The notes under the pieces are model-generated. The model had not been told where the DNA came from. It ran no database searches and was given only the letters and a program-made list of their open reading frames with translations. A DNA stretch of 64,000 nucleotides from Eledone cirrhosa (Eukaryota). The stretch is taken from assembly GCA_964016885.1 (NCBI GenBank), contig OZ024743.1, forward strand, positions 219,480,001-219,544,000, written 5' to 3'. Position numbers and translations under genes: made by a program. Position 1 is the stretch's first letter. Every line of letters begins with the position of its first letter. This document shows, piece after piece, positions 49,901 to 61,740 of the stretch.

Positions 49901-52386
49901 TTCCATTGAAGTTTCTCACATGTTTGCTTCTGTACATTAACAATCTGTTTGCTGTCACCATTCATCATTCATCAGTATTCACTTCTTGTAGATTATGAGG
50001 CTCAGCTGAAAAATTCATAGACTGGCCAAGATACTCTTATTGAATAACCAAATGAGGTTTATTTTTCAACATAGTCCCTGGAAAGCAACAATGCAGTTAT
50101 TGTAATAAGAAGAGTTAAAATTAATGCATGCAAGATTTCACAGCTCTAGCATCATTCCTTCATAGCCAGCTTATGAACTTTTGATCCAACCCTCGTATAC
50201 CAATATTCAGCACCTTAACAATCCTCACAATCATCTTCAAGCAGAAGATCAATCTCACCAGTCTCTGTTGCCCTGTAAATGTCATGGGGTGCTTCGTTAC
50301 TCTCTCTTGACAAAGGGGAATAAATGTATTCAATCATCGAATATTTCATATCCATTATATATATAACATAAATTGTGTTTATATGTACAAACTGGAACAA
50401 ATAAAACTAAGACAGAAAAATACATTATAGGCTATTTCTCAGGTTATATGCAAGTCAATGAAAATCAAGACACAAAACGTTAAAAAAAAAGAAAACAAAC
50501 AAAAACTACAATTCAAGGGAAATAACTCATTGTTTTCTGACTATATGACATTTCAGTCGTCGTTCAAAAGATTATGATGATGGATAAACTCTAAAGCTGT
50601 CTGTAGGGATGGATGTAAAAACATTAACGTAAGAGACCAGTGAGTACCTCTTTTGAGTGGAAGCTAGAAGGTGGGCGTTTGAGGATGAGGCTGATCTCTC
50701 AAGATCTGCTTGGGGACTCAGGATTAGGACCTGGCAGGTATGAGCCTGATCAAGGAGCTGGTTCATGTGCTGGGTGGAAATCACTTGGTGTCCCACTCCT
50801 CCAAAGAGAGCTGTAGGAAGTATCAAACACATTAGTGTCTGTACATGGAGCCGTTTGATTTACTATTAACGTTCTGCACCAAATGAAACTTCATTAACAA
50901 GACATTGTTGAAAAGTACAAACCAGTACTATGACTACATCACACTAAAAATTAGTCCTCACTATTTACTAGTAAATATACTGGAAGTATTTGAATGAAAA
51001 AACTTGTTTTTAGATATGTTCTGCTAGATTATTAATGTTAATTAACCTTTGATAAGCAATATTTAGAAAATATTATTACAGCACATTAAAAATTAGTCTT
51101 TATAGGGTGGGGAATTGGCAGTATCGGTAGAGGGTCGGACGCCATGCTTTCCAGCATATAGTTACGTCCCTTTATGGTCTGTGTTCAAATCCCGCCAAGG
51201 TTAACTTTGCCTTTCATCCTTACGGGGTCGATAAAATAAAGTACCAGTAATACACTGGAATAATTGCTGGCCTTGTGCCAATAGTAGAAACAATTAGAAA
51301 TTAGACTTTATTCTAATACTGCAAGTTTTCACAAAGATATGTCCACTAATAAAGATACTATAAACATTTGAATTAACAAGCCTATAAGAGTAATATTTTG
51401 AAATTAGAAATTACGGTTTATATGAAAATCCTCATCACCACCATTTAAATTCCATTTTTTCATGTTAGCATGTGTCTTGCTCATACAGGGCTGATTTTGG
51501 CTTGGTTTCAACTACATTTACAGTGTGAACTGGGTGCTTTTTGCACCTCTGTACTGCCTTCACCAGCCACTCTTCTACTAGTTTCCACCAGATTACAGAA
51601 CAGGGTTCTCTGTCAAAGGCTTTGTCTAGGTCAATGAATGCTAAGAGAGCATCTGCAGTACTTTTAACTGGCACACATCTGAACTGCATTTCATCTAGGT
51701 TAAGTCGGTCTTGGTAGTAGTGGCGATGAATACAATAATGAAGAAAAAAGTAAATCCCAAATTTACTTTTAATGCTTATTGTTTCTTACCACTTTAGATA
51801 TTTTCTGCCAAATCATTACAGAATGTTTAAAGTTAAGGGCCGAAACACTTGCTTGAAGAAGTGGGTGGGTCTTCTCTGAGGACCTTCTGCTGTCCAGCTT
51901 TCCTACCACTAACCTATGTGATTAATGGTTTTGTTTTGCTTTCATGTATCATTAGTTGAAACCAAGAGAAAAAGCTGCCTTTAATTACAATGAGAAGCTG
52001 AAGGAACGGTTTGCTCATCATCCTGAAATAAAGAGAATAGCTCGGCACCGACATGTACCGAAATTCATCTACAGAGCTCGAAAAGAAATTAGAACTATGA
52101 AGGAATCTGAGAAACGAAAGTACGTATTGCTTTTCTATTCATTAGCGTGTTTACGCATCATCATCATTAGCATGTTTTCACATCATGTTAACACATCATC
52201 ATCATCATTTGCATGTTTACACATCAACATCATTACCACCACTACTACCACAATGTTATTATTACTACTAATATTCTTTCTTTTTCTCTTTTCTATAGGG
52301 AGAAACATCGAAAGATTCATTCTAAACCAGATATAAAGGATGAAAAATCTGCCAGGTCTAAAGTTGTCTTGAATGTAAATGAGTAA
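37901..52386 (+). CDS. DCAF13: DDB1- and CUL4-associated factor 13 (WDSOF1/Sof1), 12 exons, 445 aa
   Basis: Exons 37901-37973, 39593-39792, 40145-40252, 40849-40935, 42620-42775, 44005-44082, 44874-44956, 45826-45893, 48817-48913, 49140-49275, 51956-52119, 52299-52386; all GT-AG, phases consistent, 1338 nt; LSRNPDDYIRET, NATKLERTFAKPF, GSDEMNIRIWK, IKRIARHRHVPK. Confidence 0.96.
39593..39792 (+). CDS. DCAF13: DCAF13 exon 2
   Basis: ARNFDPKFHPFEASREYVRALNATKLERTFAKPF...SGAHDGE. Confidence 0.95.
40145..40252 (+). CDS. DCAF13: DCAF13 exon 3
   Basis: VKVWNLPTKKTITTIQAHTGVVNSICFHPEGRYFFT. Confidence 0.9.
40440..40690. repeat. Intronic minisatellite, about 60-bp unit
   Basis: About 4 copies of ACTCCTTCAAAAGCAGCCATAC.CTCTTTATTCCTCACAC.ATATCTATAGC. 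Confidence 0.7.
40849..40935 (+). CDS. DCAF13: DCAF13 exon 4
   Basis: CGRDKTIKQWNINEEFNIDEDPTNVILGQ. Confidence 0.9.
42620..42775 (+). CDS. DCAF13: DCAF13 exon 5
   Basis: NLFHYMDHHWKDDIFATCGEQVDIWDE...RFNPVE. Confidence 0.95.
42870..43180. repeat. Minisatellite (about 48-bp unit) related to the RTE 3' UTR repeat
   Basis: About 6 copies of CCAGTACACTCTGTAAAGTGGT..TGCTGGTGCCATGATAAAATGCA. Confidence 0.65.
43454..43564. mobile_element. Solitary MITE homologous to the satellite unit at 27.7-30.6 kb
   Basis: CAGGGTGTCCC...GTGTATACAC...ATTGCCTGTACAGGTAATCAAAGTGTGTATACATTTT...GGGACCCTG|TA. Confidence 0.8.
44005..44082 (+). CDS. DCAF13: DCAF13 exon 6
   Basis: HHLLGATACDRSIILYDMRGTAPLRK. Confidence 0.92.
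44874..44956 (+). CDS. DCAF13: DCAF13 exon 7
   Basis: VLLQMKSNSIAWNPMEPFIFTAANEDF. Confidence 0.93.
45826..45893 (+). CDS. DCAF13: DCAF13 exon 8
   Basis: LYSFDMRKLSQPVNIHMDHVNA. Confidence 0.92.
47234..48441 (-). mobile_element. Tc1/mariner transposon with DD36E spacing (Incomer-like), 1208 bp, frameshifted transposase
   Basis: TA|CAGGGGTTGGACAAAATAA...TTATTTTGTCCAACCCCTG|TA; HTH region 47874-48260, IFSDES, FQDDNAPIH, SLDLNIIEHLW, GGPTPY. Confidence 0.93.
48456..48731. mobile_element. TA-flanked MITE (second copy, inverted, at about 58458-58820)
   Basis: TA|CTCTCGAGTCCTAAATAAT...TTATTCAAGACCTGTGAG|TA; reverse-complement match at 58.5-58.8 kb. Confidence 0.65.
48817..48913 (+). CDS. DCAF13: DCAF13 exon 9
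   Basis: VIDVDYSPTGREFVSAGWDKCIRIFACNMGHSR. Confidence 0.93.
49140..49275 (+). CDS. DCAF13: DCAF13 exon 10
   Basis: EVYFTKRMQRVQQVQWSLDNKYILSGSDEMNIRIWKTQASEKLGP. Confidence 0.95.
51956..52119 (+). CDS. DCAF13: DCAF13 exon 11 (Sof1 domain)
   Basis: LKPREKAAFNYNEKLKERFAHHPEIKRIARHRHVPKFIY. Confidence 0.95.
52299..52386 (+). CDS. DCAF13: DCAF13 exon 12
   Basis: EKHRKIHSKPDIKDEKSARSKVVLNVNE*. Confidence 0.88.
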
Positions 52387-52815
52387 AAGTATTGCCTGGT
52401 ATAAGATGGATGTAAGGTATATATACTGGAGGAAAGAGAAACATTGGAGTAAAAGTATTGTCTGGTATAAGATGGATGTAAGGTATATATACTGGAGGAA
52501 AGAGAAACATTGGAGTAAAAGTATTGTCTGGTATAAGATGGATGTAAGGTATATATACTGGAGGAAAGAGAAACAGATGTATAGGTTGGAGTAAAAGTAT
52601 TGTCTGGTATAAGATGGATGTAAGGTATATATACTGGAGGAAAGAGAAACATGTATAGGTTGGAGTAAAAGTATTGTCTGGTATAAGATGGATGTAAGGT
52701 ATATATACTGGAGGAAAGAGAAACATGTATAGGTTGGAGTAAAAGTATTGTCTGGTATAAGATGGATGTAAGGTATATATACTGGAGGAAAGAGAAACAG
52801 ATGTATAGGTTGGAG
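52381..52815. repeat. Six-copy tandem repeat (66-76 bp) starting at the DCAF13 last codon and stop
   Basis: Units begin GAGTAAAAGTATTG at 52381, 52447, 52513, 52589, 52663, 52737. Confidence 0.92.
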
Positions 52816-54239
52816 GAAAAGGAGTGGAAGTATAGGCTGATGGAAACTGAAAATATAAGCTGAGAGAAAAAGACTGTAAAATACGTACTTTATTGAACAA
52901 CTTTATTCAGTTATTATTAAACATACTTCATATTATTTGTCTCTTTTCATTATTTGCTTTCTTATATTTTATTCAGTACAATTTTTATATTTTTAAGAGC
53001 TCATTACTATTATTTAGGGTGGATGGATTGGCAGTGCTGGTGGAGTGGAGCATTGGACAACATACTTTGTGGCATATAGTTACAGTACTTTATGTTTTGA
53101 GTTCAAATCCCACCGGGGTTTAGCTTTGCCTTTTATCCTTACGTGATTGATAAAATAAAAATAAAGCACCAGTAATGCACTGGGGTCGATTTAATCAACT
53201 TTCCCGGCCCCTCAAATTGCTGGCCTTGTGCCTATAGTAGAAATCATTATTGTTATTTAGGGTGGTGTATTGGCAGAATTGGTAGAGTTTTGGACGAAAT
53301 GTTTTGTGTTATTTGTTACAGCTTGTTACATCCCCAGTGAAGATCCCTCTGAGCTCAATTTTGCTATTCATCCTTCTGGGGTTGATAACAAAGTATGAGT
53401 CAAGCAGTGGATCAACTTGATTTCTGACCTTGTAAAGTGGTAGTGGTGGTGTCATGATAAAATACAACTGGTACACTTTGTAAAGTTGTAACTGTTAGGA
53501 TGGTCATCCAGCTGTTGAAACAACCATGGAACATGGAACACATGCATAAAATATCTCTCTGACCTGTTTAGCCTTGGACTGTGACAACCCATGCCAACTT
53601 GGAAGGCAAATGTAAAATGATGATGATGATGATTTTATTAGCACTGACAAGGGTGGTGGATTGGGCAGACTTGTTAGAGTTTCGGGCAAAATGCTTTGAG
53701 GCATTTAGTTACATCCCTAAATGTTCTGAGATCCAATCCTGTTGAAGACAACTTTGTCTTTCACCCTTCCAGGGTTGATAAAATACCAGTAAACATTTAT
53801 TCGACTTTCCCTTCATCTCCCAATTGCTGGCCTTGTCCCAAAATTAGAAACCATTATTAGCACTGACATAATTGAAGACTGGGTTTGCTTGTGTCATGTG
53901 GTTGACAACAGTCTCTATTAGTCACTATTCCATGTCACATGGTTGGCAACAATTTCAGTTAGTCCATATTCCAGTTATATTTAATTTGGGTTTTGTCTGT
54001 TATAGAAGTATTACAAATGATTTTGAATTTGTAATTCATAGTAGCAGCCTTGTTATACACTACCTCATGTTCATTCTGTCTGGGAGTTACATTGATAGTA
54101 CACATGTCTGTGATATCCTCAAACACACAAATTATACGTTCAGGTGATTGAACAACTGTCATATTCATTGTTGCAACCGGTAGGGGATCTTTTATCAACT
54201 CTTCTAATGTATGTGTAAAAAAGGAAAAGAGTAGGGCAC

Positions 54240-56362
54240 ATGTGACCTTACTAGTTCTGCTGTATGAATTTCTAAATGCCTACGAAAAGAAGTCCCAGAT
54301 TCGAGAGCAGTACCAACAAAACTTGGATTGCAACGTAGAAATGGATTTCACGGATGTTGAAGTGAAAGATATTCTCACCTTCATTTTAGAACTATATCAG
54401 GGACTGGAAATGGCACTTGCTGACTTACTCCATCTTGTGAAGGATGTGGTGAACGTACACCTGGCTGAGAGATTCCAGAGAAGGTTGACTGTGATAACCA
54501 AAGGAGGGATCAGGGCCCTTAATGAGTTTATTAATCAATTTACTGATGATTTTCTACATTTCTCAGAAACTTTAATGCATAAATCATCTTTGTTTGGTTT
54601 GTTTGCTTGAAGGATGATGGTGACCTTTAATATGTTGAGTGAAGTAGTGAATATATTTAACCGATTCCATGCTGAAATGATGGCCATCACCTCTGATAAA
54701 GAGAAATTGTACCGATTCATTTGGTGAAGATGACAGCTTCGCTCAGGCAGAGATATGGCCACCACCTGACACCTATAAATCCCAGAAACAGGCTGAATAC
54801 TTCATAGCCAACCAGGCGTTCTTCATTTACCATAATGTGACAGAAGCAGCTCCACCTAACAAACTACAAGAGAGGATAAGAAACTTAAGGAGAATCCAAA
54901 TTTAGCTGAAGCTCATTTCTTGAGTTACTTAAACAACATCCGTGTGAAGGAATTCTGTACGGCCTCTCACAACCTTTACCACTATTTTGACCATTATGTC
55001 CTGCCGTCCGTCGACCAAAGCAATGTCCAACAGTTCAATACCGATGACAACAACCGTCGTTGTGCTGCATTCAATCTTGCAGCTTTGCACTTCAGTTTTG
55101 GACACAAGGAACAAGCAATAGCACCGTTGATAGAAGTTAACCGAATAGCTCAGGAGAACAACGACCATCTGTGTCTCCAACATGGCTTCATCGTCTTGGA
55201 GACGAGGGCAGTGCTGAAACTGCGAAACTTATGAAGAGACAAATATCTGCCTGCCCTGGCCCAGCTGAATATCCAGTCCCTCGCTAAGTACAACACGTTT
55301 GCTAAAATGAAACCTGCCAATGCCATTCAAACAATGTTCTAAGTAGTCAATTTTCTCACGGAGAGTTTGCCTGTATCAGCCTCGCCCAGATTGCTGCTCT
55401 CTGGCGCACCTATGGCAAAAGAGAAAATTGTTCCCTTATCAGCCAGTTAATTCTCCACTTAGATACATCAGATGCTGGCATCTATCGCAACAAAGAGTCT
55501 GTGTGTATAGCAATGTGTAACTTGGCAAGACACCATCTTGACCAGGGTATGATTGATGTTGCTATGGTGATAGTTAACGGAGCCAAAGAAAGGTTTCCAG
55601 CCAACACTTCATACGCCCATATATGGATGGCCACGGAACGAGATGAAGTTCACTCTGGCCGTCTACAGCAAAGAATGGAGTGACGCCGAGACAGCTTTGG
55701 TCAACTTGAGGGCAGTTTGTCAGACAGAAGCAGATATTCGATGTGGAATTCTGTTGAAGGAACAGGGACAAATTAATGAGGCCCTTACCTACATGCATCA
55801 ACTCCTGGAGAAATGTGAAAAAAATAGCAGTGATACAACACCTTTCTATACATCTATACATGTCGGGTGTTACTGGAACTCTGCGATATTCTCCGGCAAC
55901 TTCAGTATTGCCATATTCTGTCCTACGATGTATAACTTAGGTCAGGGAGCACCACTTTCAATATATTCTTAGCTTGGCCATCATGCAGCTGGCACAGATC
56001 TAGCTCTTAATGGGACTGCCGCAGCTTGCAGTTTTTATTCTCGAGGAGCAGATGATGAACATATTAACCAATAGCACACCGGTGGACATGGGCCGCATGC
56101 TCTTTTGCTACTCCAGATACAGTGTGGCAGCGGCGAAAAAAAGATAAAATTAGCTCTGATGTCTGCCATACGACAGATGTACACAGTTATGGAACACTTC
56201 CAGATGTAGAAGCCAATAAACTACAGAAGGACGCTGTCTATTACCAGGCGAGGATCTGAATCTCTTGGCTACATGACAGAGAGGAACAAATACACTCGAC
56301 AGTTCCGACAACTCAACCAGCTTTATCCATCATTCCAGAAAATAGACGTCACTCTACTGTAG
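54240..56362 (+). pseudogene. ANAPC5: Intronless decayed pseudogene of anaphase-promoting complex subunit 5
   Basis: SSLFGLF, SQKQAEYFIANQA, NPNLAEAHFLSYLNNIRVKEF, HYFD, AAFNLAALHFSFGH, RIAQENNDHLCLQH, RNKYTRQFRQL, colinear over 2.1 kb with many stops and frameshifts. Confidence 0.88.
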
Positions 56363-56950
56363 TGATATTTAGCCACATAGACAGACACAGACTGACTGAC
56401 ACATAGACAGGGAGACTGACGGACAGACGTCACTCTACTGTAGTGATATTTAGCCACATAGACAGACACAGACTGACTGACACATAGACAGGGAGACTGA
56501 CGGACAGACGTCACTCTACTGTAGTGATATTTAGCCACATAGACAGACACAGACTGACTGACACATAGACAGGGAGACTGACGGACAGACGTCACTCTAC
56601 TGTAGTGATATTTAACCACATAGACAGACACAGACTGACTGACACATAGACAGGGAGACTGACGGACAGATGTCATTCTACTGTAGTGATATTTAGCCAC
56701 ATAGACAGACACAGACTGACTGACACATAGACAGGGAGACTGACGGACAGACGTCACTCTACTGTAGTGATATTTAGCCACATAGACAGACACAGACTGA
56801 CTGACACATAGACAGGGAGACTGACGGACAGATGTCATTCTACTGTAGTGATATTTAGACACACAGACAGACAGACATACTGACTGACACATAGACAGGC
56901 AGATAGACAGACAGACAGACTGATGTCACTCTACTGTAGAGATATTTAGA
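56345..56950. repeat. 81-bp tandem repeat (6 full copies plus degenerate ones) starting in the last codons of the ANAPC5 pseudogene
   Basis: Unit GACGTCACTCTACTGTAGTGATATTTAGCCACATAGACAGACAC...GACGGACA; the antisense ORF shows a 27-aa period. Confidence 0.92.
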
Positions 56951-57338
56951 CAGACATACAGACTGACATATAGACAGACATACGTTACTCTATTGTAGCG
57001 ACAGTTAGACAGACAGACAGATATATATAGATACACATACATACAGATTGACTGACAGGCAGACAACAGACAGAAGTATGGGGGCAGACAAACAGACAGA
57101 CAGGTGTAGTGCACCTGAGCACTGTACACAATAATTTTCATTATATGTCGTGTCTTGGGCCTTTTAAACCTAGTGGAGCCCCATCCCTCTCCAGATATGA
57201 ACATAGCCAATTCCTTCCAAAGAGATAATTGACCCCAGTATTGGACTGGTACTTTACGTGTCGACATTGAAAAGATGAAAAGCAACGGTGACCTCGGTGG
57301 GCAAACTTTTAAAACTGAATGCATTCTCAGTGAAGATA

Positions 57339-57614
57339 CAGTGGAACCTCGGTTCACGAACTTGATTCGTTACTGAAGGTCGTTCGTAAACCGAAACTAT
57401 TTTTCCTATACGAAATGTTAAGAGAGACTGTGTGAAAGACAGATAGATATCACCATAGTAACTAAATACACAGCAAGTGACGCTTTCCCGCCGATACCCC
57501 CAGCTTGTTGCCGGCTTGCGTGTTTGTTACTTAAGATACCGTTCGTAAACCGAGACGTTCTAGTTCGGAAAAATTGTCCGTGATGAGAGGCGTTCGTGAT
57601 CCGAGGTTCCACTG
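57339..57614. mobile_element. Pogo/Tigger-like MITE
   Basis: TA|CAGTGGAACCTCGGTTCACGAAC...GTTCGTGATCCGAGGTTCCACTG|TA. Confidence 0.85.
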
Positions 57615-60600
57615 TATATCTTTTGATCAATTGTAATTTTGTTTAATCAATAAATCACACTCTATCCACATTCCCAATGGACAAATAGTTAAAAGAATCC
57701 ACAACAAGTCAAGTGCTAATAGGCGGAACCTACATAGCGTGAATAAAGGAGGTGTTAACTTTAGTCTATATCAGGGTTAGTGAAAACGTGTAGCTTAGTG
57801 GTTAGAGTGTTCGGCTGCCGATCGTATGATTGTAAATTCGATTTGTGGAAGCACCTTGTGACTTGAACAAGACACTTTATTTCGCGTAGCCTCAGTTGAC
57901 CAATAATATATTGTACTTGTTCAAAGAGCCAACCTTTTCACACATTGTGTTTTGCTGAATCTGCTCGAAAACTACGTTAAGGGTACACGTGTCTGTGGAA
58001 TCTTTAGCTACCTGTACGTTAATTTCACATGCAGGCTGTTCCATTGTTTGAACAAGTGAAACATTGGTCGTCTGAATCGACGGAGATCCGACACATAGAT
58101 ACACATCAGGTTCATCTTCAAAAGCAACAAAAACCACCAACAAAGAGAAAATAAAAGAAAATATGACGTGAATTGTTTACGGATTTACCTGCACAGGTGA
58201 TAAAAGTAAATCGAGTGGACTGTGTTGAATATGGAAAGGTTTCAAGTATCCTATAAAAGTGTCCTTATTCCCTGCTTTTGGGCCAAAAATTTGGCTTCTT
58301 CCATGTATCTCATGTAAAAGTCAACCCTAGTTCTTCCTGGATAATGGCTCAACATTTGTGAATGAAAATATTATCCTGAACTGGATGTTAAACCAAGGAA
58401 ATTAATTGTTTTGTGTTATGTTCTGATGTGAGAAAGTGGAAGTATTTGTAAGACCTACTCACAGGTCTTGAATAAACCCCCCCCCCCCCTACACACACTT
58501 ATTGATTTTTCAATTTTTTTCACCCTTCCGCTTTACCCCCCCCCCCCCCCCCCGTTTATTAAATTTTGCTTATCTATCTCCAGCAAAATTTTATTGTAAA
58601 TGATTCATATCGATACAGCAGCTGGAGAATCTAATAATAATTTTATTTTACATAAAAAAACCCCCATTATATATGACAAAAGAAGAACATTACAAGAAAT
58701 CCCATATTTACGAACGTACCCTAAACAATTACCGATTCCCCCACCCTCACTTATAAGAATTTAAACAAATGTCCACCCCATCCGCTTATTCCACCCCTCC
58801 TATTATTTGGGACCCGAGAGTACGTGGCTTTATTTATATTTTGGTAGTAAGAAGTGTGATTTAATGTGTAGAAACATCGTCATTGGCAGAATCGGTAGAG
58901 CGTCAGACAACATGCTTTGCGGCATATAGTTAACTGCCTTTTACGTTCTGAGTTCAAATTCCGCTGAGGTTAGCTTTGATTTCATCCTTACGGGGTTGAT
59001 AAAATAAAGTACCAGTAACGTACTGGTGTCGATTTAATCGATTTCCCCCTACACACACAGAATCTGTTGAGCTATCGATTCAAGAGTTGAGCATGATTGA
59101 TACTGATTATACTTTAAGCTGATCGATCGCAAAATGTGCATTCCACATGAATAAACATAATGATTATATTTTGATACCTCGTTCGCCGAGGTTAACTTTG
59201 CCTTTCATCCTTAAAGGGTCGATAAAATAAAGTACCAGTAATCTACTGGTGCCGATTTAATCCCCTTCCCCAAAATTACTGGCCTTGTGCCTATACTAGA
59301 AAACGTTATTATTAATCCCGCCGAGGTTAGCTTTGCCTTTCATCCTTAAGGGGTCGATAAAATAAAGTACCAGGAATGTACTGGAGTTGATTCGATCGAC
59401 TTTTCCCTCCCTCAAAATTGTTGCTCTTGTGCCTAAACCAGAAACCATTATTGTTGTAATTCATAGTTATTGTTTTTTATTCATTTAGTGTCAATTTAGA
59501 CTTTTGCTTATTGATACAATATATTGGACTGTAGTGTGAATTTCAGCTCATCGAAAGTAGTACCCATGTAATAGTTGACCCCATAGAATTAACCTTAAGA
59601 AAATAGTCTCAGAAAGTTGACTTTTACTGGAGTATATATGGTACATGAAATATCTACGTGGTGGCCTGATCTCTTAGTTTGTGTCGTATCGTATTTCTAC
59701 CATCTTGTCAGCGAGACAATATGGCGGCGTTAAAGATTGAAAAAAGTTCTTACTATCGCAATCTACCGAGACGTCTACAGTTCATTTCGGCTCAGGAAGA
59801 GATGTGGAAGGAGTTTCAACTGGTCTTTAGTTATCAAGTCCCAGAAAGAAAGGTTTTTGTGCCGGTCGGTGTTGAGACATCCACAAAATTGGGGGGATTA
59901 CATCTCGCGTGAGTCAGAAGTCTCGTGATGTGGCGTGGCTGATACAATGGTTGTCCCTGGCAATGTTTTCACTAACTTTTCCGAGGAGCATAACTAAGAT
60001 ACACTGCTGAAACAGATGTGTAGAGTCTGCTCCTCGCTTCTATTTTTCATTATTTCCTTTTTTTTCACTCTTCCTTATTTTTATTTTGTTAACTAAGCAC
60101 AAAGAACTAATAGTAAAGAATATTTTAAACGAAAGCGTTTGGAATTGAATCAAAGGAAAGCCACACTTTCATCATTTATGACAAATTCTAAAAATAAAAC
60201 CGCTTTATTCGACTTGTATCACATTGGTTATCAACTAGTAAAAGCAGACGAAGAAAATACAATTTCAGAAACCACATTAAAGTAATTTAGTGGAATGAAT
60301 GGCAGATAAAAAATATGTAAAAATATTGATAACGCATCGGTTTTTAATGACACAGTTTCAATGTGTCTGTACGATTATAAGTTAAAATGAACTGAAAATT
60401 CTCTCTTTAAGTGAGAAATCAGTAGACATTGCTCTTTTATTGGTTTTTACTTGTGGGAGGGAGTCATTTACTCTCAGTCTCTTAACACCTACGAAATTCA
60501 AATAAACTCCTATCTTCATTAAACCCATGCAAGCACGGAAAAGGGATTTTAAAATGATAACACTTTTGTAGTTGTATGCTATATTTTCGAAGATAGCATT

Positions 60601-61109
60601 GAAGAAGACATTAATTCCCCAGACAAGTAACATATAATTTAATTCATTCATTTATGGAGAAAAAAATTGAATATTGTTGAAACTTCAATCAAGAACTTGG
60701 ACTGATGAAGCTGTAGCAGAGTCTAAACGGGAACTCAATGCAGTTTTTATTCAGTACAGTATATGAGAGTTTTGTTCCATATACAGTATATGGTGGTATT
60801 ATAATGATTTCAGTATTTAAGACTTTCAAAGGGCTTAATCCAACTCTGAGCTGCAGTTATGGTAGGAGAAATGTTTGGTTCTGTTGCAAGAATAAGATAG
60901 AAACACGAGAATATTGAAATTAACCACTGTTGTCTACAACCTCAAGCATTAACAATGAAACACATGCTTCAAGATATGAATTTGTTAGTTAAAGAAAAGG
61001 AAAGGAGTCGGTTGTCAGATCGCACAAAGGAAATAATGTTTCCATTGTTTTTTCATTGCTATCCTAACTACCAGAAGGAAGAGGTGGGATTTGAACTCAG
61101 AACGCGCAG

Positions 61110-61740
61110 AGTCAGACATATATGTGTGTATATATGTATATATAATGGCGTTGAGAGCCAGAACAGATATGTATGTATAGATGTATATATAATGGTTTTC
61201 AGAGCCAGAAAAGATGTGTATATATAGGTGTATACATAATGGGGTTTCAGAGCCAGAAAGGTTATGTGTATATAGATGTGTATATAATGGTCTTCAGAGT
61301 CAGAACAGATATGTATGTATAGATGTATATATAATAGTCTTCACAGTCAGAACAGATATGTATATATAGGTGTATATATAGTAGTGTTCAGAACAGATAT
61401 GTATATATAGGTGTATATAATGGTGTTCAGAGTCAGAACATATATGTTTACACAGGTGTATATATAATGGTGTTCAGAACACATATGTATGTAATGGTGT
61501 ATATAATAGTGTTCAGAGTCAGAACATATATGTATATATATAGGTGTATATAATGGTCTTCAGAGTCATAACATACTGTATATGTATATATATAGGTGTA
61601 TATAATGATGTTCAGAGCCAGAATATATATGTATGTATATATATAGGTGTGTATATAATGGTCTTCAGAGCCAGAATATATATGTATATATATATAGGTG
61701 TGTATATAATGGTCTTCAGAGCCAGAACAGATATATATAT
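61110..61740. repeat. Minisatellite (about 45 bp, GGTGTATATATAATGGT.TTCAGAG.CAGAACA), resuming at 63780-64000 with expanded (TA)n
   Basis: More than 12 diverged direct copies. Confidence 0.8.

Noticed and set aside
51105-51200. tRNA genes at A-box/B-box-like motifs
   Set aside because: All run into the SINE body and tail, and no cloverleaf is evident.
52317-52900. Repetitive antisense ORFs (111 and 180 aa) as proteins
   Set aside because: They are translations of the 3' UTR tandem repeat; the same applies to 56323-56892 and 62214-62783.
54240-56362. ANAPC5 as a functional gene with small introns or one repaired by RNA editing
   Set aside because: Multiple frameshifts and deletions lack splice signals, and A-to-I editing cannot repair indels.
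60700-60735. CTGATGAAG as another hammerhead
   Set aside because: No correctly placed GAAA and no convincing stems I and III.
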